Of a stretch of 64,000 bases of DNA, positions 48,912 to 57,240 are shown piece after piece. The stretch's first letter is position 1. The number at the start of each line of letters is the position of its first letter. The notes under the pieces were generated by a model that had not been told where the DNA came from, ran no database searches, and saw nothing but the letters and a program-made list of their open reading frames with translations. The stretch lies in NCBI GenBank assembly GCA_041671225.1, contig JBAZBY010000001.1:827740-891739 (forward strand), written 5' to 3'. This stretch comes from Patescibacteria group bacterium (lineage in GTDB: Bacteria; Patescibacteriota; Patescibacteriia; JBAZBY01). The position numbers and the translations under genes are program-made.

Positions 48912-49981
48912 TGTATTGTCATTATACCACTTCCAATCAGTTCTGTGCCATCATAAAGCGCGAGAAATTGTCCTGGAGTCGCAGCGCGCTGCGGATGCAA
49001 AAACTGTACGCGTACATCACCTGCCGCCATGTGCTGCACGGTGCACGGCACAAGTTCTTGTCGGTACCGTAAACGCGCATGCAGTGCCACGCCATCTTTT
49101 GGCACAGGGCCAATCCAGTGCATTGCTTCCGCATGTACTTCCTTTGTGAAGAGTTCTGGAGCATGTGGACCTTCTGCGACTGTGACAGTATTTGCGTTGA
49201 CATCTGTTTTTACGACGTACTGCGGTACTCCGTTATGTGCTATCCCCAGGCCAGCCCGCTGACCAATGGTATAAAAATGTGCGCCGTCATGCATGCCAAG
49301 TTTTTCACCTTTTGTAGAAAGAACAACGCCCTGCTTTTTTGCAAGACGAGATTCTAAAAATTCCTTCAGCGGCACTTCCCCCACAAAACAAATACCTTGG
49401 CTATCTGGCCGATCTGCGCTGGGCAAACCGCGTTCTTTGGCAAAAATGCGCACCTCATCCTTTGTCATATCCGCAAGTGGAAACTCCACAAAAGGCAACA
49501 CCGCAGCGGAAACTTGGCTCAAGAAATACGTCTGATCTTTTATTGTGTCATGAGGGATATATAATGCGCTTCGATCTTTTGCATGAACCACGCGTGCATA
49601 ATGTCCTGTAGCCACGGCATCCGCACCAAAGCTCCGTGCACGCTCAACAAACGCATCAAACTTTACGATGCGGTTGCACATAATATCAGGATTCGGAGTA
49701 CGGCCAGCAGCGTATTCATCGAAGAAATATCTCATGACGCCCTCCGCATACTCTTTCTCAAAATTCCATGTAAGCAATGGGATGCCAAGATGAGCAGCTA
49801 CTCTTAAAGCTGCCCGACGATCTTCACGCCATGGACACACCCCCTGAAAACTTTCAGTCCAATTCTTCATAAAAACGCCGATCACGTCATGACCAGCATC
49901 AACAAGACGCGTCGCAGCAACTGCGGAGTCAACGCCCCCTGAAATACCAACAATAATTCGACGATGTTTTCCCATAGTCAA
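48908..49981 (-). CDS. mnmA: tRNA-specific 2-thiouridylase
   Basis: PP-loop (IVGISGGVDSAVAA) and catalytic Cys motifs. Confidence 0.9.
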   Translation of the reverse strand: MTMGKHRRIIVGISGGVDSAVAATRLVDAGHDVIGVFMKNWTESFQGVCPWREDRRAALRVAAHLGIPLLTWNFEKEYAEGVMRYFFDEYAAGRTPNPDIMCNRIVKFDAFVERARSFGADAVATGHYARVVHAKDRSALYIPHDTIKDQTYFLSQVSAAVLPFVEFPLADMTKDEVRIFAKERGLPSADRPDSQGICFVGEVPLKEFLESRLAKKQGVVLSTKGEKLGMHDGAHFYTIGQRAGLGIAHNGVPQYVVKTDVNANTVTVAEGPHAPELFTKEVHAEAMHWIGPVPKDGVALHARLRYRQELVPCTVQHMAAGDVRVQFLHPQRAATPGQFLALYDGTELIGSGIMTIQ

Positions 49982-50092
49982 GCACGAGTGTACGAAGTAT
50001 GGAGCAGCGCGTCAACAGATACTCCCCCAACCCCGCAAAAATGAAGCATACCCCGCCAAAAAGCCACAGCGACTGCTGCGCGGTCAACGCTT

Positions 50093-51880
50093 CTAAAGAT
50101 GCGCAACCTCACCCGGATGCAGCATGTGCTCGGCCGGAGGGTGTTGCCTTGTATGATTCTTATTGCGTCGTGAGCGATTATTCCGATCCTCATTACGGCC
50201 ATCGCTTTGTTGGCGAATATTCTGCTGCTGTGGACGCTCTTGTGATTGCCGACCCTGTTGTTCATGCCCACGCTGCTGCGACGCTTGTTGATTTGGCTCT
50301 CGCCTCTTTTGGTCATGCCGCGGCGGCCTATTGCTGCCCTTGAATGAAACCGTGTGGGAACCCAGTGCATCCGCGAGACTCACTGCCGGACCAGTATCCA
50401 CCACTACGGGTTGCTCCTCATGCGCTCTCTGTGTGAAGTCCGGTTGTTCACGCTTCTCTTCTCTTTTTGGGCGGTCATTATGATTTGATCTGCTCGCGTT
50501 GCTTGACCAAGGGGTACGTTGCTGCTCACGGGGCCGCTCAGTACTGCGGTCACCGCCAGCAGTGACACCTTGTTCTTTCATCATCTCCTGCAATCCTGAC
50601 CAACGTATGATTTTATCTTCAACAACACTGCGTGGTTGTCCATAGCGTTCTCGAGAGACCTTAATCACCTTATCTGCATGTCCGGACTTGTTGTGCAGTG
50701 GTGGCAAGGTTAACGCAGAAAAAGGAGAAGATGAAACTCCATCGATCATCAACTTCAGATAAACATTATATTTGGTAAGGTTCACAAGATCATCTTCTGT
50801 AAACGTTGGAGTGAATTCCTTCACAAGTTCCTCGGCATCGTTCGCTCCAACACGAAACACCACCATAGAACCAACGTTACCGAATACTGCCGCTGAAACT
50901 GTTTCATCCAGCTGTTCAATATACTGATGCGCAATGATAAGATTCAAACGATACTTACGTGCTTCTGAGAGAATCGCAGCAAAGCTTTCTGTGGCAAAGT
51001 TCTGAAATTCATCAACATAAAGATAAAAATCTTTTCGCTCCTCTTCAGGAGTATCAATTCGACTCATGGCAGCGAGCTGCAATTTTGTGATAAGCATCGC
51101 ACCAAGCAATGATGAGTTATCCTCGCCAACACGCCCCTTTGAAAGGTTAATGAGAATGATCTTTCTATTGTCCATCGCCTCGCGTAAGTCAATAGAGCTC
51201 TTTGATTGCCCAACAATATTCCTAATAATTGCGGAGGAAAGAAATTGACCAACCTTATTCTGAATTGGGGAGATTGCTTCTGTTCGAAATTTATCTGAGT
51301 ATGCGGCATATTCATCCACCCAGAAAGACCTCACAATAGGATCGGAAATATGGGAGACAATTTTCTCGCGATACTTCTTGTCTACAAGCAAGCGAGTCAC
51401 ACCAAGAAGCGTGGAACCGGGATTTTCCAAGAGTGCAAGAATCGTATTGCGCAAAACATATTCGAGTCGTGGTCCCCAGGAGTCCACCCATATTTTCTTG
51501 AAGACGCCGATGAGTCCTGAAGCAATAAGATATCGATGTGTTTCATCAACTGCTTCAAGTACGTTAAACGCAAACGGATAATCAATATCTGCAGGGTTAA
51601 AGTAGACAACATCATTAATGCGATTTTGGGGAATGTAATTCAGTAAACGCTCAACAGTATCACCATGAGGATCAACAATAGCAATCCCTTCACCATTATG
51701 AATATCCTGCACCATCATATTCTCCAGCACAGTGGACTTACCCATACCCGTCTTCCCGATAAGGTACATATGACGGCGACGGTCATCACGTTTAATACCG
51801 AACAACCTCCACATATTGCGGAAGTTTGTTCGTCCAAAAGTGACGATAGAATCCTGTGCTGGTTCAAAATCTACTGCCAT
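50093..51880 (-). CDS. HerA/FtsK-superfamily P-loop ATPase (DUF87-like) with ~180-aa disordered Q/R/E-rich C-terminal tail
   Basis: Walker A (RRRHMYLIGKTGMGKST), then IAIVDPHGD as in HerA/DUF87. Walker B (FYLYVDEFQNF). ARKYRLNLIIAHQYIEQL resembles the R-K-x-G...ATQ motif of VirB4/TraG/HerA ATPases. No TM segments. Start at MAVDFEP (51880). Confidence 0.65.
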   Translation of the reverse strand: MAVDFEPAQDSIVTFGRTNFRNMWRLFGIKRDDRRRHMYLIGKTGMGKSTVLENMMVQDIHNGEGIAIVDPHGDTVERLLNYIPQNRINDVVYFNPADIDYPFAFNVLEAVDETHRYLIASGLIGVFKKIWVDSWGPRLEYVLRNTILALLENPGSTLLGVTRLLVDKKYREKIVSHISDPIVRSFWVDEYAAYSDKFRTEAISPIQNKVGQFLSSAIIRNIVGQSKSSIDLREAMDNRKIILINLSKGRVGEDNSSLLGAMLITKLQLAAMSRIDTPEEERKDFYLYVDEFQNFATESFAAILSEARKYRLNLIIAHQYIEQLDETVSAAVFGNVGSMVVFRVGANDAEELVKEFTPTFTEDDLVNLTKYNVYLKLMIDGVSSSPFSALTLPPLHNKSGHADKVIKVSRERYGQPRSVVEDKIIRWSGLQEMMKEQGVTAGGDRSTERPREQQRTPWSSNASRSNHNDRPKREEKREQPDFTQRAHEEQPVVVDTGPAVSLADALGSHTVSFKGSNRPPRHDQKRREPNQQASQQRGHEQQGRQSQERPQQQNIRQQSDGRNEDRNNRSRRNKNHTRQHPPAEHMLHPGEVAHL

Positions 51881-51881
51881 G

Positions 51882-53321
51882 TTATGCGATAGGGAGATTA
51901 TCTGGCGGTGCCGCCGATGTATCTTCTGAAGGAACGCTGTGCTCACTCGCGGCTGCCGCTCGTTCTTCAAGGGTTGCTGGAAGTACCGTACCTTCAAACT
52001 GCTCTTCTTCTGTTAGATCTTCTTCAACCGTTGGAAGTGAAACAGGCGGCTCTGATTTCTTTGCATCTGTCTTCTTCACGAGAGGCGCCTTCACGGTCAT
52101 TACTGGGAAATGAAATATACTTGCAAGCTCTTCTGTATTCAGCACAAAAGGATATGGACCTACATCCATATCACGATCACGATATGCACTGATGAGTTTA
52201 TTCTTCTTCACTGTTTTGCGCGCATCGGCGCGCCAATATTTCGCCGATGTCTTGGTCTTCTTATCAGTTTTAAAACCGTTGGACTCTAATGTATTGTACT
52301 GCAGCATGCCCCCAATAACGGTAGCAGGACGGTCATCTTGAAAAACCTTTTTTTTGGCAGCATACACAAGACGGATCTTTGTCTCATATGCATACTTGGA
52401 AAGCTTAATGCCAATCTGCTCAACGATACGCCGCTCATGCGGCGGAAGGTGTTGCATGAGGGATTCAGGTCCGCTATCTTTGCTTGAACTTGAATCCTGA
52501 TCAGGCGGAATAATGGATGCAATAAGCGTCTGCCATGTTCCAGAGGCTATATCCTGCCCGGCAGTCAGAATACCTCCACCACCGCTACTACTCTTTGCAC
52601 CGATGAGCTTCTTGATGGCGCGAAGGCCATTTTCGCGCCATGTTTCATCTTCTGGCGGACGGATGACAAACTGAAGCCAAAACTGCTCTCCCCGGCGAAG
52701 ACGAGAAAGAATTTCAAGCAATGAAGCGAGTGGATCTAAAAATGTCTGTGTCAATGTGTGTTCAAAGACAGGGTACGTCACAATAGGAAAGTACTCTTTG
52801 TTATCCAATTTTAATTCTGTTCCCCAGATATCCCATTCACGATCCGGAAAACGACGAGGGATATCATCAACATAATCCTCTACTTCGGTGATCTCCGCAT
52901 TCGGGTACTGCGCGTAAAAAACTGCCTCAACCATATCACGGAACTTACTCGGAACTCGAACAATGAACTGCACATAGCCGCCAAGACTCACTATCTCAAA
53001 TGAAAGCGGCTGCTGTGTGTATCCCTTCCACCAGCGATCAATAAGATCGCCATTCTTCTTGATGGTGGCGAGATGGTTAAAAATATGCTCCACGGCCTTG
53101 GGTGTCTGTTCATTATCCTTTGGAATATCAATGGCAAGGAGAACCCACTTAATGCTCTGTCGATATGTTTCCTGGCGGTTACGAACAAAAATCACAGCAG
53201 CGCCAACGGCAGCAAGAACGACAAAAAACGCCCAGCCTCCACGCGCAATGAGGAGCCAAGTGATCGAAAAGGGATTGAAGTCCCCTGTATTTAGAAATGT
53301 TGAGAGACCCCCGGTTTCCAT
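51882..53321 (-). CDS. Single-pass membrane protein of unknown function (partner of the HerA-like ATPase)
   Basis: N-terminal TM (WAFFVVLAAVGAAVIFV). About 430-aa soluble part with S/G-rich and K-rich low-complexity linkers and an acidic C-terminal tail. No recognised domain. One nucleotide separates it from the ATPase gene. Confidence 0.45.
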   Translation of the reverse strand: METGGLSTFLNTGDFNPFSITWLLIARGGWAFFVVLAAVGAAVIFVRNRQETYRQSIKWVLLAIDIPKDNEQTPKAVEHIFNHLATIKKNGDLIDRWWKGYTQQPLSFEIVSLGGYVQFIVRVPSKFRDMVEAVFYAQYPNAEITEVEDYVDDIPRRFPDREWDIWGTELKLDNKEYFPIVTYPVFEHTLTQTFLDPLASLLEILSRLRRGEQFWLQFVIRPPEDETWRENGLRAIKKLIGAKSSSGGGGILTAGQDIASGTWQTLIASIIPPDQDSSSSKDSGPESLMQHLPPHERRIVEQIGIKLSKYAYETKIRLVYAAKKKVFQDDRPATVIGGMLQYNTLESNGFKTDKKTKTSAKYWRADARKTVKKNKLISAYRDRDMDVGPYPFVLNTEELASIFHFPVMTVKAPLVKKTDAKKSEPPVSLPTVEEDLTEEEQFEGTVLPATLEERAAAASEHSVPSEDTSAAPPDNLPIA

Positions 53322-53329
53322 GAGGATAT

Positions 53330-54460
53330 TTATGTTGGTGTTTCGTTTTGACTAACGGCAACAATATAGGTGCCATTAGCAGTTTTTTCAAAATGCTTTT
53401 TATTGGTCAACGCAAGATGTACGGTATTTTTTTTCACCATCCGTTGCTCCATGACCTTTTTAACGATTTCATCACGCGTGAGGCCCTCATCAGTCTCACG
53501 CAAAATCTCCTTAATAACATCAAGCACAACGCCTGGCTTGTAGCCCCACTCCTTAAGCCCATAAATACCACGACCGACCAAAACATAGCGGTCGTTAAGA
53601 ATGAGTTCATTATGCACTGTTGGTGGGTATGCCTTACGCTTATCAAACTGCGCCTCATTAATGCGACGCGTGATATCTGTAAAGTGCAACGGCTCGCCGT
53701 GCTTCTTTAAAATGAGGAAGATTTTATCGTTCATGCGACGTGGTTTTACAGATCCCCACTCCGCAAGTCCATACTCATTAAACGGATTACTTGCAACCTT
53801 TTTGCTCAATACCAAATAACTCCGAACAACTTCTGGGGCAAGACGATCACGATGCTCTTGATGAAATGGCCTCTCAGTAAAACTTTTATGAATAACATCA
53901 AATTCTTTTGGTGCGCCGTGCTCTTGAATGGTTTTATAAATCTCATCCATTACTTGATGCACAAAATCCAAAGAAATATCGGAAAGCTTCCAAGAACGAC
54001 GGAGTACCTCAGATTCTGGAACAGCATGAAATTGATCCTTCAAGAGTTCACCCATGAAGAAACGAATAACATTACGCTGCGCTGCATTTTCACCAAGGTA
54101 TGCCAAAAGTGAATCATGCATATGATCCTCTTCCATAATGCCCCCATGCTCTGCAAGGAGGCCTGTGAGCGTCTTTTCAATAGGACGGGCGTGCGTATCA
54201 AACTCACTTGACTCGCGCATCTTCGCGATGGCCGCATTCTCGATCTGGCGAATGCGTTCTCGCGTAACATCATACGAGGTGCCAATTTCCTCTAGTGTTT
54301 CCTTTTTTCCACCCTGAAGACCATAACGCCGTGCAAGGACATCTTCTTCTTTTTTACCAAGTACCTTAAGCAAAAGCTGCAAGGATTCCTGCGGATTAAA
54401 CTGCTCCAGCTTACTGGTTTGGCTCCGATCAAGGATGCGATCAAGGATTGAATCTTCCAT
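53330..54460 (-). CDS. Sigma-70 region-4 HTH protein fused to tandem HARE-HTH-like winged-helix repeats (putative transcription factor)
   Basis: Residues about 35-85 (LARRYGLQGGKKETLEEIGTSYDVTRERIRQIENAAIAKMR) are a textbook sigma-70 region 4.2; no region 2 is present. The C-terminal ~290 aa has at least three repeats ending in the HARE-HTH signature (FNEYGLAEWGS; YVLVGRGIYGLKEWGY; a third, degenerate copy). Confidence 0.6.
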   Translation of the reverse strand: MEDSILDRILDRSQTSKLEQFNPQESLQLLLKVLGKKEEDVLARRYGLQGGKKETLEEIGTSYDVTRERIRQIENAAIAKMRESSEFDTHARPIEKTLTGLLAEHGGIMEEDHMHDSLLAYLGENAAQRNVIRFFMGELLKDQFHAVPESEVLRRSWKLSDISLDFVHQVMDEIYKTIQEHGAPKEFDVIHKSFTERPFHQEHRDRLAPEVVRSYLVLSKKVASNPFNEYGLAEWGSVKPRRMNDKIFLILKKHGEPLHFTDITRRINEAQFDKRKAYPPTVHNELILNDRYVLVGRGIYGLKEWGYKPGVVLDVIKEILRETDEGLTRDEIVKKVMEQRMVKKNTVHLALTNKKHFEKTANGTYIVAVSQNETPT

Positions 54461-54503
54461 ATAATCTTATAATAGGCTTCGATTAGCCCCTGCTAACATA
54501 TTG

Positions 54504-54532
54504 AATATAACATAAGTAAAAAAATCTGTCAA
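54504..54532 (-). promoter_or_regulatory. Sigma-70-type promoter for the three-gene operon (53330-54460, 51882-53321, 50093-51880)
   Basis: Minus strand: TTGACA-17nt-TATATT within the 170-nt AT-rich gap after secF. A second weaker TTGACT box lies upstream. Confidence 0.5.
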
Positions 54533-54631
54533 CCCTGTGATACCATTTATATTAAAATCAGTCAAGTTCCTTCGAAAAAACTAAAAAAATTGCCCAGTAA
54601 ACCGAGCCTACTACACTACTTTAGTTTCTCC

Positions 54632-55528
54632 TTATGCTGTCCCTTTTCTACGCGCCCAAATTACAAGTAACGGCCCCGCAATGTAAATAGATGAATATGT
54701 ACCAACGGCAATACCAATACCTAAAACGAGAACAAAATATCGAATACTTTCCCCCCCAAAAAGAAACAACGCACCCAAAACAAGTAAGGCTGTTAGTGAA
54801 GTATTGATGGATCGGATAAGTGTTTCATTTAATGAAATATTCATAACTGAAGAGAATGTTTCATTTCCATACTTTCGAAGATTTTCACGAACACGATCAT
54901 AAACAACAATAGTGTCATGCACTGAAAATCCTAAGATTGTCAAAAGTGCAGTGATAAATAATGTATCCGCCTCTAACCCTATATATGCACCGAGTACCGC
55001 ATACAATCCAAGTGGTATGAGAATATCATGTATAAGCGCGATAATCGCACCAACACCATAAAACCACGCAGGTACCGGTCCAGCAGATACTTTTCGAAAT
55101 GCCCACGTTATATAAAGGATAATACCCGTAAGCACTGCACCAATTGCAATGAGAGCTTTTTTCTGCAATTCACCTCCAATTGTTGATCCAATCGAAGAAA
55201 AACTTTTTTCATCAATTTGACCATATGATTCGCGTAGTGATTCAATCAGTATTTCCTTTTCATTATTTGAGAGTGATGTCAACCGAATGAAAACATCATT
55301 ATCACCAGAAGGTTGCACGCGTACCTCAGTAATATCTTGCGCTATAATTACCTGTTCAAGAATTCCCACATCAGGTCGCTCATCTAAAAAACGTATGTGT
55401 AATAGACTTCCCCCCGTAAAATCAATACCCGGGGTAATGCCCCAAATGATCAATGCGAGGATTGCGAGAAGTACAAGGCTCGCTGAGAATCCAAGAGTAA
55501 ATTTTTGCCAACGAATAAAATCAATCAT
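54632..55528 (-). CDS. secF: Protein translocase subunit SecF
   Basis: GIDFTGGSLL and SecF TM topology. Confidence 0.9.
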   Translation of the reverse strand: MIDFIRWQKFTLGFSASLVLLAILALIIWGITPGIDFTGGSLLHIRFLDERPDVGILEQVIIAQDITEVRVQPSGDNDVFIRLTSLSNNEKEILIESLRESYGQIDEKSFSSIGSTIGGELQKKALIAIGAVLTGIILYITWAFRKVSAGPVPAWFYGVGAIIALIHDILIPLGLYAVLGAYIGLEADTLFITALLTILGFSVHDTIVVYDRVRENLRKYGNETFSSVMNISLNETLIRSINTSLTALLVLGALFLFGGESIRYFVLVLGIGIAVGTYSSIYIAGPLLVIWARRKGTA

Positions 55529-57195
55529 TGTGTTTTCTCTGTATCTTTAACTCCAAGTAACCAGCGCGCGGCTCGCGAATCACTGGTTAAAACAAAACGC
55601 ATAAAGGTTCTCGTGACCGTAATTGCTGAAAACATACTCACAAAAATACCGATGGAAAGCGTTATCGCAAATCCCTTAATGAGTGATGTACCAAACCAAA
55701 TAAGTATCAGTGTCGTGATCAGACTAGAAATATTTGAATCACGGATGGATGTCCACGCGCGACGAAAGCCCTCTTCAATGGCAAAGGACACCTCCTGCCC
55801 GCCACGAAGTTCTTCTTTGAGTCGTTCAAAAATAAGAATATTCGCATCAACCGCAATACCAATGGAAAAAATAAAACCAGCAACCCCAGCAAGTGTGAGA
55901 GTTACTGAAAAAAGCTTAAAAATTGCAAATGTTACGAGGGTATAAATAGTAAGTGCAAAAACAGAAAGGAGGCCAGGCAAACGGTAAAAAAGGATCATAA
56001 AAATAATAACCGCAAGGAGCCCAATCACCCCAGCGATAATGCTTTTTTGGACACTTTCCGTCCCTAAACTCGCACCAACATTCTGTTGCGTAATGAGTGA
56101 AACGGGCACTGGCAACGCACCAGCATTTAATCGTTGCGCAAGGTCTTTTGCTTCCTGAAGCGTAAATGTTCCCGTAATGGTCGCGACACCATCCGGAATG
56201 ACCGCTTGCACAACCGGAGTGCTAATGGGAGCATCATCAAGAAAAATACCCACAGGTTGGTTAAGATTACGCTCAGTAATCTCCCCAAAAAGAACCTTGC
56301 CTTCATCATTGAATGTCAACTGAACGGCTGGAGCGCCTGTTTGTTGATCAAAAATAACATCTGCCCGCTGGAGCTGCTTGCCAGAAAGCGCTGTGCGCAC
56401 AAAATTGCTTTGAGTATTCTCAACTTCCTGTGTCGCGACGCGCTTAATGATATGAAAACCGAATTGTGTTTCAACGAGTTCAGGGAATACCCCGCCGTCT
56501 GACAACTTATCAAATAAAACATCATCAAACTCGGTGACAAAAGATCCGCGCGGGGCAAAGCCCAGATCCCCGCCTGCGTTTGTGCCATCTGGCAGCTGAT
56601 TCCCTGGATCATCGGTAAACTCATTCGCAAGCGCAGAAAAATCCTCCCCTGCTACTGCTCGATCAAGCACGCTACGTGCCTCTGCGCGGATTGCATCGCT
56701 ATCTACCGCCGCTCCGTCTGTGGGCTGGGTTGAAAAAAGAATATGTTGTCCTTGAACCTCTTCATGTGTTCCAGCTTCTTCACTGAGCTGCAACTCGCGA
56801 AAATCAAGCGTTGGCGTCTCACCGATCAATGCAATAGCCTCAGAAATATCTGTGATACCCGCAAGGTCAGCAATCACGCGATAGTCATCACCCACGACCT
56901 GTGTTTGCACAATAGGCTCAGCAACTCCAAGACTATTCACGCGACGCTCAATAACATCTCGCACGCCTTCAAGGGCATTCGTATGTTCATCGGATGGAAT
57001 ATCCTGCATGTTTGCTGAATAGACAAGATGCGTTCCGCCTTGCAAATCTAAGCCAAGGCGCAGCGGCACCTTGAAGGACCAGTTACCAATGCGAACCTCA
57101 TTGCGCCGGGGATCCGCTATAAAGCCGGAAACCACCGCCAGCACGAGAATGCCGATAATAAGGAGAAATACCCGTTTACGGTTTTGCATAAACAT
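55525..57195 (-). CDS. secD: Protein translocase subunit SecD
   Basis: GLDLQGGTHLVY and the SecD periplasmic and TM regions. Confidence 0.9.
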   Translation of the reverse strand: MFMQNRKRVFLLIIGILVLAVVSGFIADPRRNEVRIGNWSFKVPLRLGLDLQGGTHLVYSANMQDIPSDEHTNALEGVRDVIERRVNSLGVAEPIVQTQVVGDDYRVIADLAGITDISEAIALIGETPTLDFRELQLSEEAGTHEEVQGQHILFSTQPTDGAAVDSDAIRAEARSVLDRAVAGEDFSALANEFTDDPGNQLPDGTNAGGDLGFAPRGSFVTEFDDVLFDKLSDGGVFPELVETQFGFHIIKRVATQEVENTQSNFVRTALSGKQLQRADVIFDQQTGAPAVQLTFNDEGKVLFGEITERNLNQPVGIFLDDAPISTPVVQAVIPDGVATITGTFTLQEAKDLAQRLNAGALPVPVSLITQQNVGASLGTESVQKSIIAGVIGLLAVIIFMILFYRLPGLLSVFALTIYTLVTFAIFKLFSVTLTLAGVAGFIFSIGIAVDANILIFERLKEELRGGQEVSFAIEEGFRRAWTSIRDSNISSLITTLILIWFGTSLIKGFAITLSIGIFVSMFSAITVTRTFMRFVLTSDSRAARWLLGVKDTEKTQ

Positions 57196-57240
57196 CAGTA
57201 TACCAAAACAGGAGGATTATGCGAGAGCGGGCTTTGAGTA

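Noticed and set aside
49978-50370. 130-aa minus-strand ORF overlapping the 3' end of the HerA-like ATPase gene and the mnmA start
   Set aside because: Alternate frame of the ATPase's low-complexity tail. R/A/G-rich composition and no start-site signals. The 111-nt gap instead contains a plausible mnmA promoter (TTGACG-17-TACACT).
50093-51880. Calling the ATPase a canonical VirD4/TraG coupling protein or VirB4 of a type IV secretion system
   Set aside because: No N-terminal TM anchor (VirD4) or VirB4 N-domain, and no VirB-like genes in the vicinity. Only the generic HerA/FtsK-superfamily motifs are supported, so the broader call was kept.
53330-54460. Annotating the 376-aa protein simply as sigma factor RpoD
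   Set aside because: Only region 4.2 is present, and at the N-terminus. No region 2/3 motifs were found (no RpoD-box or Y-x-x-W-W-I-R-Q-A-I pattern). The remaining sequence is repeat-structured (HARE-HTH-like), so a conventional sigma call would be misleading.
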